A DNA stretch of 64,000 bases from contig CM074820.1 in the NCBI GenBank assembly GCA_037447605.1, forward strand, positions 744,001-808,000. The letters are read 5' to 3'. A program made the translations under genes and the position numbers. The DNA comes from Zygnema circumcarinatum SAG 698-1b. Lineage: Eukaryota > Plantae > Zygnematophyceae. A model generated the notes under the pieces. The model had not been told where the DNA came from. It ran no database searches and saw nothing but the letters and a program-made list of their open reading frames with translations. Below, one piece after another: positions 36,929-57,795 of this stretch (the first letter of the stretch is position 1; every line of letters begins with the position of its first letter).

Positions 36929-38967
36929 GGGGAGAGAGAGAGAAAGAGAGTGAGAGAGAGAGTTGGAGAGAGAGAGGAGGGAAGGGGCAGGTGTAGATTG
37001 TAAGCTTTAACGAACTGAAACGTGGATCATATGATGGATGGAGCATTGTACAGTATTTTGCTGTCAGCATAGAGGACCTCCCCGTGCTGCTCATTCATGA
37101 CACTTCAGAGGATAAGAAGTATGTGAAGACGGGCGTCCAACCCTCCGAACTTGAGAGCTTTGTGGATGACTTCGAGGTGAGACTTATTCTGGCAAGCTGT
37201 GAGAAGGCGAGGGAGAGGGAGAAGCAGACGGAGGGGAAAAAGGGGAGCGAGCGCAAGGCGGGACTGGAAGGGAGAGCACGAGTGGGAGAGAGTGAGTGGG
37301 AGAGAGAGAGGGGGAGGGGGGAAGGGGTCTCTCTTCATGGTTAACCCGTGTTAGTCAACGGTCGTGCTCAGCAATTGAGCTCGCTCATTATTTTCCGTTT
37401 GATGCTTTCGCGACGCCATTTCCACCCATAGATTAAGGACTTCAAAACCCTTTTTTTTTTTTTTTAATAAGCAAGTTTATGCAAATGTGCTTGCATGCTA
37501 ATGGATGATTATGTGGACCCCAGGCTCTCCGAAAGGGAGGGTGGCAGTAGTGAAGGACGAAGGTTATATTGGAGTCGGTTCAGAATTTCTGTTCAATTGT
37601 TATATTTTTTGACTCAAATATCTGAATGGCTTTTGGCAGAAAGGAAAATTGGAGCCCCAAGTTAAATCGCAGCCTATTCCGGAGTCCAATGACGAGCCAG
37701 TAAAGGTCGTTGTGTACAAAAATTTTGATGATATCGTTTTCAAGTCCGGAAAGAATGGTGAGTAGCGCATCACATTCAGCTGCATTTCTTTTTTATCGTT
37801 CCATGTGAATGATTTTTTCTGTTTTTTTTTTTCGTTCTGTTTAGCAGAATTTTATTTTTTTAACATAGACCAGTTTCATGGAAACATTGTTAAATGAAGC
37901 TAAAACATTGGTAACTGAAAGCTGAGGACTGATAATTGCACAGCGGTTTTTTTCATTATGCTTTGGTGAAATTTTTTCCTGACTTCGTGAAAAACTAAGC
38001 TTCAAGGTTCGATGTCTTCCCTGACTGCAGTTACACTTGTCTTTTTACGCATTCTGTTTTAACTTTGTGCAGTTCTTCTCGAGTTCTATGCCCCTTGGTG
38101 CGGCCATTGCAAGCAGTTGGCTCCGATCTATGAGGAAGTTGGAGAGGAGTTTGAGGACGAAGATGATGTCATTATCGCCAAAATGGTTAGTTGAAGAGCC
38201 CTAATTACCTAAAAGTCTTCATCCTTACACTAAAATCCTAAAGATTCGTATCAAAGGAAAGCAAGGGATAAGGGACAAATGGCTGACTCCTTAAAGACAT
38301 TGTTGACGTCATCCAAGCAACTAAAGACCATCAAACGGGGGCATCCTCCCCCCTCCCAATGTCCTATCTCTCTCCCTCCTCTCCCCCGTCACCCAACTCT
38401 CCTCACTCCCTCCACTTCCTCATTCCCGTCTTCTCCGCCCCTCCCCTCCTTTTCCCTCACACCCACAATTCTCCCAACAGTGTGAACTGAAGCGCAAAAC
38501 TGCAATTCCGTTTTGTTGAGACATTACTATTTTTCATTAAGCATGTTAGCTCTGTCCGAGAAGTTGCCATGTTTACCAAACGGCTAGTTGCATTCCGCTG
38601 AAAAACTGCAACGTTCATGGAAATCGTCCCTCAGCCTTGAGACTGAGCTGCCCCTCCTCACATGAGAGCCCCCTCCTCTATGCAGGACGCTGACGGCAAC
38701 GATGTTCCAAGCAACAAGTTCAACGTGAAGGGCTTTCCCACTCTCTACTTCATAAACGCTCAGGGAGTGGTCAAGGAGTACAAGGGAGAGAGGACGAAGG
38801 CTGACCTCATCTCTTACGTCAACAAGTTCAAAACCACACCGTCGCCGCCACCTAGCCCTGTCTCGGAGACTGCGGAGGCTGTGGCAGAAGCTGCGGAGGC
38901 GGCTGCTGAGAAGGCGGCGGAGGGCATTCAGGAAAGCGTAGACCCGGCCGTGAAGGACGAGCTGTAG
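33756..38967 (+). CDS. PDI: Protein disulfide isomerase (PDIL1 type, a-b-b'-a'), ER-resident, 10 exons
   Basis: Exons 33756-33916, 34437-34467, 34656-34940, 35670-35858, 36222-36347, 36561-36695, 37054-37176, 37640-37757, 38073-38185, 38686-38967. Signal peptide, two WCGHCK sites, C-terminal KDEL. Confidence 0.97.
34121..34173. promoter_or_regulatory. Second inverted ERSE-I pair, in PDI intron 1
   Basis: Perfect matches at 34121-34139 (+) and 34155-34173 (-). Confidence 0.6.
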
Positions 38968-39273
38968 GCCAAGATGTTTTGCCGAGTTCTGATTTTGCTG
39001 AGTGCTAATTTTGCGGTAAGCGGGTATCGCTAAGGTATCAATTTCGCTGCTGTAAAGGGCTGCAGAGCGGGCCAGGGAGGGAGAGAGGGAGGGAGAGGCG
39101 ACGGGGGAGGAGTCGGGAGAGAAGTGCGTGTTCATTTCTCAGGGCGTTTGTGAAGGGCTGCTGTTCCATACCACATGCGATTTCCTACAAACAGGGAAAA
39201 TGAAAAAAGAGAGACAGAAAATTCTTTGTGGTTGTACTTTGTCTTCAACTTGATAATATAGGAAGTTTTTTGC

Positions 39274-40295
39274 GGAAAATGATACAGGCGCCCCACTTTT
39301 TGGATATCCGCGCCCCCTTTCGGGAAAAAAATGTACTTTCATTTTGGTTAATCACGCCCCCCCCTTGGATCTTTCGGGAGGAGAGATCTTGTAGACAATC
39401 GGACCCCCTCGTGCACCGACGTACGGCGAGATGGCGAGGCCCGTGAGATGCGGCGAGCCTACGGAAACGTTGTCCTCGACCCTTTTGGGTCCGAGGCTGC
39501 CACGTGGCAGTCTACCATTGGACAGCCGTGCTTCCGGTCCCCCATGCCGATACAGTGGACCCCCATAATATTTTCCACCTTGTACAGTGCGTCCCCAGGA
39601 AATTCGCCCCGATTTTGCCGAAACCACCTTTTTGTACGGTAACTCTATGTTAACGTATTAGGGGTGTTAACCTAACCTGACCTATTCTACAATACAAAAT
39701 CTGTTCATCGAAACGGTTTTTAAACATGGGTCACGCTATCACGCTGTACGGTAAGTACGATAGAATCTTTAAATCGTACGGTATACGTAGGGCACCAATA
39801 GGAGCTCGTGTATGGCAATGCACGGTACGATGCGATGCGATACGATACGATACGTATGGACATACATGAACTCTAACATAATACCGCTCGCCTATTGGTA
39901 ACACGGACCTTATACTTTGCAAATTGCAATATTTTCGCCCAGTATTTGCCTAAACCATGGCGAATATATTATGGGGGTCCACTGTATCGGCATGGGGGAC
40001 CGGAAGCAGGGCTGTCCAATGGCAAACTGCCACGTGGCAACCTCGGACCCAAAAGGATCACGTGAGGACAACGTTTCCGTAGGCTCGCCGCATCTCGCGG
40101 GCCGCGCCGCGATGCGCGGCGCCGTACGTCGGTGCACAGTCGGATCCTGCGCGCGAGGCGCGGGGTCCGATTGTCTACAAGATCTCTCCTCCCGAAAGAT
40201 CCAAGGGGGGGGCGTGATTAGCCAAAATGAAAGTACATTTTTTTCCCGAAAGCGGGCGCGGATATCCAAAAAGTGGGGCGCCTGTATCATTTTCC
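39274..40295. mobile_element. Non-autonomous TIR element with ~300-bp arms and 8-bp TSD (MULE/foldback-like)
   Basis: Termini GGAAAATGATACAGG...CCTGTATCATTTTCC. Exact TSD TTTTTTGC at 39266-39273 and 40296-40303. Confidence 0.92.
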
Positions 40296-40574
40296 TTTTT
40301 TGCTGTGAAAATGTATTCACAAAAGGAAGTACAATACCTCAACTGCTGAAAGGGAGCAATGCAGTGAAGAGTGTTGTCAATGTCGGTGTCGGTTATGATT
40401 TGGATAATTTGACAAACAATTATCGCCATGATCTGGCGGTAGATGACAACACTTCAAAAGCTACCGCATGCGCACGTGTTCCAAGATGCAATCGGCAGCC
40501 AGGGTATGATCGACGATTCGAATCCTGTATTTGAATGTGGCATTCAAAACGCACCAAACCTTGGATTTGCTAAT

Positions 40575-41606
40575 GGAAAATTCTATTCTCACACCTTTTT
40601 TGTCTACGCACAGACCTCTTTTCGCTGGGCAGATTTTAAAATAGACAAAAAACGAACACACCTTTCACACCTTTTTTTTTTCACCTTTTATTTTCACATC
40701 TTTTTGGAATCGATACACGCTACTAGTCCTAAGCGGCCGAGCGCCGTGAGACCTTTTTCTGTCGGGCAGATTTTACTCCTTATCATTTATTTTCAGAGAA
40801 AATACAAAACCTATCTGCTTATCTGCTTGCCCGAATCCGCTCGGAGCGGAAGATCCGTCCGCCACGAGATCGTTCGCGGGTGGCCGTCCTTCACACGTGC
40901 AATAATTTTCCGCCGTCGATATTCACGCAGATCCCACCATGGCAGATCACCGTTCGATCAGCAGCCGGGCTCTGTCCCACGTGTCCCACCCAAGCCGGCT
41001 CCAAGGACCGTACAAAAGGCGTACGCCCGCAGCTTCGAGGAAAGTCAAAAAACGTAATAATTAAAGTTGAGTGCCTGTACCAATCACAGTTTGCCACGTC
41101 TAAAAAGAGCACGCGGCAGATGGTGATTGGTTCAAGCTCGCAATGTAAGGAATTTAGACTTTCCTCGAAGCTGCGACCGTACGAGTTGTGTACGGTCCTC
41201 GAGCCTGCTCGGGTGGGACACGTGGGCGTGTGCCATTCGCTGGAACCGAGCCCGGCTGCCGATCGAACGGTGATCTGCCGTGGTGTGATCTGCTCTAGAA
41301 TCGACGGTGTATAGTTTCTGCACGTGTGAAGGACGGCCACCCGCGAACGATGTCGTGGCGGACGGATCTTCTGCTCCGAGTGGATTCGGGCAGGCCGATA
41401 TTTTTTTCTTTGAAAAAAACAAGTAGGGGTAAAATCTGCCCGATGGAGAAAGGTGTGTATCGATTTCAAAAAGGTGGGAAAAAAAAGGTGAAAAAAAAAA
41501 GGTGAGAAGGTGTGAAAGGTGTGTTCTTTTTTTGTGCTATTTTAAAATCTGCCCGGCGAAAAGAGGCCTGTGTGTAGACAAAAAAGGTGTGAGAATAGAA
41601 TTTTCC
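40575..41606. mobile_element. Fold-back TIR element with ~460-bp arms, ~110-bp spacer and 8-bp TSD
   Basis: Termini GGAAAATTCTATTCTCACACC...GGTGTGAGAATAGAATTTTCC. Exact TSD TTGCTAAT at 40567-40574 and 41607-41614. Confidence 0.92.
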
Positions 41607-42043
41607 TTGCTAATTTGGAACAATGTATGTACGATATGTACAGGTCCGAAGGTCTCGTCATTCACTTCCCTCCCATTCGCTTGCTTCGCTTGAACAAGAG
41701 AGCTTCGCTTCTCGCCATTCCACAATCATCTAGAACCCAAGGAGGCGCTCAGAAAACGAAAAACGTGCGCATGACACCCGGTCCTCCCTCCCTCTCCTAG
41801 TCCTCCCACAATCTCTCCCTCTTCATCTCTCCGTCCCACCACCCCTCTCCCTCTCCATCTCTCCGCCCCTTCCTCCCTCCCTCCCTCCCGTCACCCCCCA
41901 CAGCGTCCCCCCCCACAATCAAGTCAGACGCTCATGTCCAACGCCACCCACCGCACTGATTCCTGTGACTCTCACATAATTAGTTTCCGCAGAACATTGT
42001 AGGTACAAAAGCTTATGCATGCATGCGTGCATCCATCCACCGC

Positions 42044-45000
42044 CTAATACTGAGGGGCGGTTATTTGCGGCCTCTCTGCCAGAATGGGAGACTCTTGCGC
42101 CCCGTACGTATGGATACGGTTGAAGCGCCAATAAGAGTCGGGCAGGTCCTGGCTGAACCAATCCTTCAACTCAGGAAAATTCTGGGCAACTTCCGAGACT
42201 GCAAAGTAGTTGACCGGAAACTGCTCACTTGAGAGAACACCCTCGGTGTGCCGAGGGATTTTTTTAAACTGCATGTTGAAACAAGCTGTCAGCCAAAACT
42301 GCTAAGAAACAGGGGGAAAAAATAAACAAACATGACTCTTACTGAGGAATTGTAAGCAATGTCCTTCTCACACTTTTCCCTCGTCTTCCCCTACTCCCCT
42401 CTTTTCATTCCCTTCTCCCCACATTCCCTGCACACGTCCCCCACTCATTCCATCCTACCTATCCAAGAAACTGCTCCGCTCTTGTCAAAATCTCCATTCT
42501 CCTCCCTCCTCTCCTCCCTCCTCTCCTCCCTCCTCCTACTACTCTCTCGTCCCCTTTGCCATCCTCAATAACTTGTTTCGTTTTTCTACAATCTCTCTCT
42601 CTTTTTTCCTCCATACTATCCTTACGACTCCTCCGCATCGTGACAGCTCGCTCTCTCTGCAACTCCTCTCTCCTTCTTTCCTCTAAGTGCACTCCCTTGA
42701 CTACCCTCCCGCCTCCCCTCCCATCGTTCCCACTTTCCCCCGCTACTCTTTCCTCCTCTACACACTGCCTCCCTCTCGCAAACCCTTCCCCTCCTTTCAA
42801 TATCAGCTTCGTGCAACCGTGCATCACTAATCCAAGGCGAGGCCAAAATTTTACTTCTACCATCTGTGCCCGCTTGGGCTCATCTGTGATGTGTGCGTGT
42901 GTGCGTAACACGAGAGTGTGTGTGTGTGTGTGTGTGTGAGAGAGGGGGAGAACATACCAGGAGAAAAGCAAACACTCGTTCTACAAACTCCTCAGCTGGC
43001 ACCCCAGCAGCGTCTGAGTAGATTTTGCCACAAATTACTCGATGCCTGCAAGTTTCCAGTGAACAAAACAATTCTTAAGTGTCAACTTTTCATCTGTTTG
43101 ATATTACTGAACTTAAGTATGTCATTCACAGAAACCGAATTTCACTGAGAACCAGCACAAGAATAACCAGAGAAACATCAAGAGGCACACGTTTCACACA
43201 TCTACAAATCAATGACAAGGGAAAAGGAAAGAAAGGCTGTTAATATCAGGTATATCAGTAACTTCGAATACGGCCTCTGTACCTTGTATCTTTATCATCC
43301 TTGCTGATAATAAGATCGTACATCCAGCCCCCATTGGTCTTGATCGTCCTCTGAAACTCAATCTCGAACTCCACCAATTCTCCTGAAGGAGCTGTCACAG
43401 CCACATGGTGGGATTTCGCGGCTGATGCAGCCTCTTCACTTGCCATGTCTTGCATCTCCTGGTCAGAGAGTCCTTCCGACTGCAAAATGTACGAAAATAA
43501 ATCCTTATAAGATCACTCTGAATTGCATCGGAATATCTCCTTACGAGGACGCAGCGAAGCAATTGGCAGCCTCTCTTTACCAGCAATTTCACAGTTTTTT
43601 ATGGTGACAGACGGATGATTTGGAAGGCCTTGTAAGGACGCTCGACAATAACAGATTGCTGCCCCTATTCCACTCAAGAACTAACGTAAATATGAAGCAG
43701 AGGTTCATGTCAAGCAAGTGAAGGACCTTGACTTCCAACATCTGTTCAAAAAGCACCTAGTGCTGAAGGAAGGTTCACAAAAACGCTTTTCCCAGCAAAC
43801 TGTAAGCCTGTAATCAGTCTAAACTGACAGGCAAAGACAAAAACCTCCACACAACGCTCGAAAGACCTTAAGCGCGCCAAGACTAAAACTGTCGCCCGAA
43901 GATCTTAACAGTATTGAAATTCTAAAAGAGACGCCTGACAGAGAGCCTGAAATACAATCAGAAGTAAAGAACTGTATCAAATAATTTGCTGAAATCTGGA
44001 ACATGATTAAAAAGCGGAAGAGGAGGAGAGTGAGAACTCACCAGCAACACATCGCACTTTCCCTTTTCCAGCAGAGCAGGATCATACACCATCTGCATTC
44101 GCAGGGAACCAAAGCTCCCATTAACTAAAGAACCTCCCTCCGACAAGCCATAAAAGGGCAGGACTTCACTGAAAACTAGCACTCTGCTGGCTATTTCCAT
44201 GTGCTTCAACTCAACGCCAGCCTCCATGAATATAGGCCATGGTGACAAGAAAGGATAATGGAAAGGCGGAGGAAGGAGGAGAAAGCAAGAAGGGAAAAAC
44301 GACGAAACTGGGAATGGAGGATGAGTAAGTGAAAAGGGGCGAGTGAGCGAGGAAGCAAGAAAAGAAAAACTGAAATGGAGAAACAAACAAACAAACGTGG
44401 TGACAATTTCACCTCTTCCGTGAGACCTCTGTCCTTCATCATCTGCAGAAGCGTCTTGGCCTTAGAGAGAGCAGCTGCGGCCTTCCCTCGCTCTGAAATG
44501 GAGCCCGCGTCTGCCGGCTTCTCCCAAAAATCTCGCTGAACGGGATCCGTGTTTCCAACGGGAGGAATTCCAAGTTCCGACATCCACTGCAGCCACAACA
44601 ACAGTACAGAGAACAGGAAACCGCATAAAAAACAGGCTTCCTCATCCAGTCACACATAATAAACAACTAAAAACTAGTTTTCTTCTTCAAAAGCAAAACT
44701 GGGATAACATAAAAACAGTTAAAGTAAACCATTGAGAGGGGATTGGCCATGAAACTCATAGTAAAGCAGACTGCTTTTCAAGCAGTTTTTTCTCAAAATA
44801 GGGGAGCAAGAGTCACCTGCTGACGAGTATCAAGCATTGCTTTCTGGTCAATCGTTGAGAGAGAAACCAATTTGTAATAGTAGCAGAACTCCGGACGCCT
44901 TCCCATGAGTGTTCGGAGGGAGTTCCTCACATCTTTGGAGAATCCGATGTACTGAACCTTCTTATTCTTGTCCAAAACTGCAAAGACGGATGCTTTTGTT

Positions 45001-45347
45001 CCTGGCTCTACTGGAGGCAATATCCTTCCCTGACTGTTGATGTAGGAGACTAAAGGTAGTTCATTCAACGTGGGGATAGCGCCGCCGGCTCCGCCAGACA
45101 TGGCCTTCGTCACTAGACATCTTCTTGTCGCATTCAACTTCTTATTCAGCATGAAGATTGAAGCAACTTTTCTACGGTTTGTGGCTCCAAGATCAGTAGA
45201 ATTGTGTCTGCTGAGCCCTGTAAAGAGGTCTGCTGACAGCTGCTTGCTAAATCCTGCAGTGGATGCTCTGCTCTGTCGCAGCTCCAGAGATTCACTGATA
45301 ACAGGAGGCGCTGTGAGAGACTTTGCAGCAGAACTCATGGCCTGCAT
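42044..45347 (-). CDS. Probable plastid protein: cyanobacterial/GRXS16-type GIY-YIG-like domain fused to a C-terminal domain of unknown function, 6 exons, ~421 aa
   Basis: Exons 45347-44817, 44586-44413, 44092-44042, 43479-43283, 43045-42958, 42268-42044; phases fit. Ser/Ala-rich N-terminus, then VFAVLDKNKKVQYIGFSKDVRNSL...PEFCYYYK, WMSELGIPPVGN and YDPALLEKG. Confidence 0.8.
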
Positions 45348-46898
45348 GACAGAGGCGGAAATAGGACAATATACAATTGTAGGCGGAAGCAAAAACAAAG
45401 GACGGAAGTGAGGAAGCAGCAACAGAAGGATGCCATCGTCTCCTCGATTCCGTAGCAATGCTTTGTGATAAAAGAAATCCGAAGTGCACGCATTCACGGA
45501 GAGAGTCAACACATAAAAAATCTGGCATGTACATGACTTGGACATCATAAGTAGGTATCTTAAAGAAATCTGGACCTTCTAATGACATTTCGTTCACTGC
45601 CATGCTGGCATTGGCATCGCACAAGAAAAAAAACCGAATACTACACAATCTCAGTCCACGAGGTTTGCCATTAGTTCTTGAAATCGGAAACGTCAACTTT
45701 GAAAAAAGCCTGCTGAGCGAGCGAAACGCGTCACGCAAACGTACCAAAGCCATGGCTGCGTGAGCCTCTCTGATTTCCCTTGCACACAAGCTGCAACTTT
45801 TTGCTGCTGCGCGTTCCAAGAGCTGCCTCCCTCTCTGCCAAGTGCAGCAGTTCCAAGGCACCAGGCGTCAGTGAACGGCGGCTGTAGGGGGAGGCGGAGG
45901 AAGGGAGGGAGGGAGGGACCTGTCCTCCAAACTACACAATGGCAGTAGTCTTCCAATGATATTGCGCCACGTGTGCACGTTTGTACACGTGGCTCTATTT
46001 CATTGGTTGTAAATATGGAATTTAGGAAGGCTGAATGAAAGATCTACTTACTGTACGGAACCATATTCCCGTACATGCCGTACATATGGCTCATGTACGG
46101 TCCAAACCTGGTTTGTACGAGTGACCAAAAAAGGATGAGGAGCTCCTCCCCAAAAACGTAAAAACTGCAAACTCGGTTTGCAATTAGACGAGGTACCAAA
46201 TAGGGTATAAAGTGAATACAACCCTAACTAGATAAGGGTGCCTGCCGCACGCGCGAGAAGATAAGGGATCTGATTGGGCCAATCGCGTTAGTCGCCACCG
46301 ACCACGACTGTCACGTCACGTCCTGTTGTTGTTGCTGTTCTGTGACCTTGCTATTTTGCGACCTTGCGAGGAGCGAGTCCAGTCCCATCCTCAATGGCTG
46401 AGCTTGTGGTTGTTGTTGAACAAGACTCTAGACTCTAGAGGCTCGAAGCTTGAGGTTACCTTATTGTCGTACGACAATTGTGCATATCTTGCTCTGTAGG
46501 TACTGATACCGTTGTGCATGTACCACTGAGGCCTGCACTGGTTCTTTGGCGTGTGATTGTATCACCACAGCTGGTCGCTTATTGCATCGTTTGTTCAACA
46601 AGTCGTCAAGTACAAACGAAGGCTTTCAGACGAGAACTTTCTACCTTCTGACTTATGCTGGCCTGCCATCATCCTGAATCTTGTTTTGAAATCAACAGCG
46701 AGCACTCCAGATCCCAATACGTCATTTGCTGAAGGATCTGGCAGTGGCTACACCACATTTGGCAGCCTTCAAAATTGCCAAAAGCCCGAATCACAAATCA
46801 CCATGCTCCATGAACAACAATAACAACTTGGGGACACTTCGTCCTAAGGGCATTACCATTCAGAGGGCAGACTACGTACACCACGCAAAAGAAGTATC

Positions 46899-46952
46899 CC
46901 AATGGCGATCCACCACGTATGTACAACTGACCACGTGGCACGTTGCCATTGG
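46899..46952. promoter_or_regulatory. Inverted CCAAT-N9-CCACG pair upstream of TPI
   Basis: Perfect matches at 46899-46917 (+) and 46934-46952 (-). Confidence 0.55.
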
Positions 46953-47318
46953 ATGACGTCTCAGAGTACGGCCGCCGGTTCCAACCCAGCCAGCATCTTT
47001 TCTCGTCGCCTCACATTTGTCCAAATAATGCACGTCCGTACAATGGCTTGCAGATTTTGATACCCGTCAATTGAACGTCCTTCGATGGTGTACAATTGCG
47101 TCCAAAAACGTCCCACCGCGGCGTCCTAACGTCCGAGTCAGTTTAGACGGCAGCTCCTGCTGGGCCACACAAGGAGCTCCCTCTCCTGCTCCCCCAAACT
47201 CTGCTCCCGCTCTGCAAGCATATTTTCTGGCATATTTTCTGCTTAAAAGGATTTTTTCTCTATATTTTGTTGCTGTTTACTTGTGATCTGTATTGTATCG
47301 TATTGTTGTTCGGCAGAC

Positions 47319-51744
<4,426 letters not shown>

Positions 51745-53078
51745 GCTTGTAATGTTGAGGGGGGGGGAGGGAGAGAGCGAGTGCGGCGCAAGAGAGAGAG
51801 AGAGAGCGAGAGCAGTGGTCTTTGTGTCCTTCGTTAGTCTAGCAGATGGTTTCCCATCATTTTGAAGATTTCTAGGTGTTGTAAGGGTTGTGGGGGGGGG
51901 AGGGGGGAGGGGGGANNNNNNNNNNGTTGTAAGGGTTGTGGGGGGGGGAGGGGGGAGGGGGGAGGTGGGTGGGGTAGTTGAGCTCCATGTCTGGTTGTCA
52001 GCAAAGTACACTTGACCCTATATATTCCATATGTGAGTTTTTTTTTTCCCTTCTGGTGAAATAGAGCAAATCTGCAACTGTGAATCTCGATGTTCAGAAA
52101 CCGTGTGTTGCTTTTCGTACTTTTGATGTTTAGGTCAAGGGTTTTTTGATGGTCTGAAATCCGCAAATTTAAGGTCTTGGGTTTGCTGGTGTAGGTTTCC
52201 AGCTCGTCGGGTCATTTGCCGTATCTGGTGTGCGCTTCTTGTGGTGTCAAATTTAGTTGAAGGGCTACTGCGCCGCTGTTTTTTTGCTTCTAGACTTGGG
52301 TTCAAGGAGAGCTGCACCGGCGGATTTCTGCTTCTCATTTGGGTTCAAGGACTACAATGCAGTAGGTTTTTTTGCTTCTCACTTGGTTCAAGGTCCAAAG
52401 GCACCGCAGAGGCGGGACCTTTCACCAATCGTACGGAAAAAAATTGGGCTCGTAAGAAGGTTCGAAAGAAAAAGGCAGGCACTCACGCACGGTTTATAGG
52501 GAAGATTTTAAGACTGAGGCAAGAAAGGTCCCAAAAACGCAAGGTCACGCAAGGTTTTGGTAATCGCGAAAAGTGGCTGAATGTACAAAAAAGTAGAACT
52601 TAAAGTTTTGACGATATAAGAACAAAAATTCGTCCTCTCAACTCCTGTATTTCTCGTCGCTATATCTATTCCCGGAGAAAAATGAAAATCCAAAATTTGG
52701 TGAAGGAAGACAAAACTTAGCAAAATTGTTTCTCTCTATATGGACAATTCTATTACCGCTGTTCAAGTAGATAAAGAAAGCGACTCTCTTCTCACACATA
52801 GCCTCCTTTACAGCCTGCCTTCATATCCCCGACAAAATATGTGTACGACGGAACATAGTCCCGACTCCCGCCACTCAATAATATTGCAAAAATTCCAATC
52901 GTACATTCTGACTACGGTACTCCTCACCCAAAAAACGCTTATGCAAAATTTAAAAGCACGTGTTGGTGCCATACCTCTGCAACACATTTCCAAAATTGGC
53001 CTTTCGAAACATTTCCATGCCGAAATTCGCGTTGTTCCTCATCTCAACAGCGAGCCCGTCCCATGAGCCCCACCACGC

Positions 53079-57795
<4,717 letters not shown>

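Noticed and set aside
9520-40295. A single 30-kb giant transposon carrying host genes
   Set aside because: The right-hand element has its own exact TSD on both sides, so it inserted independently. The enclosed genes are intact housekeeping genes.
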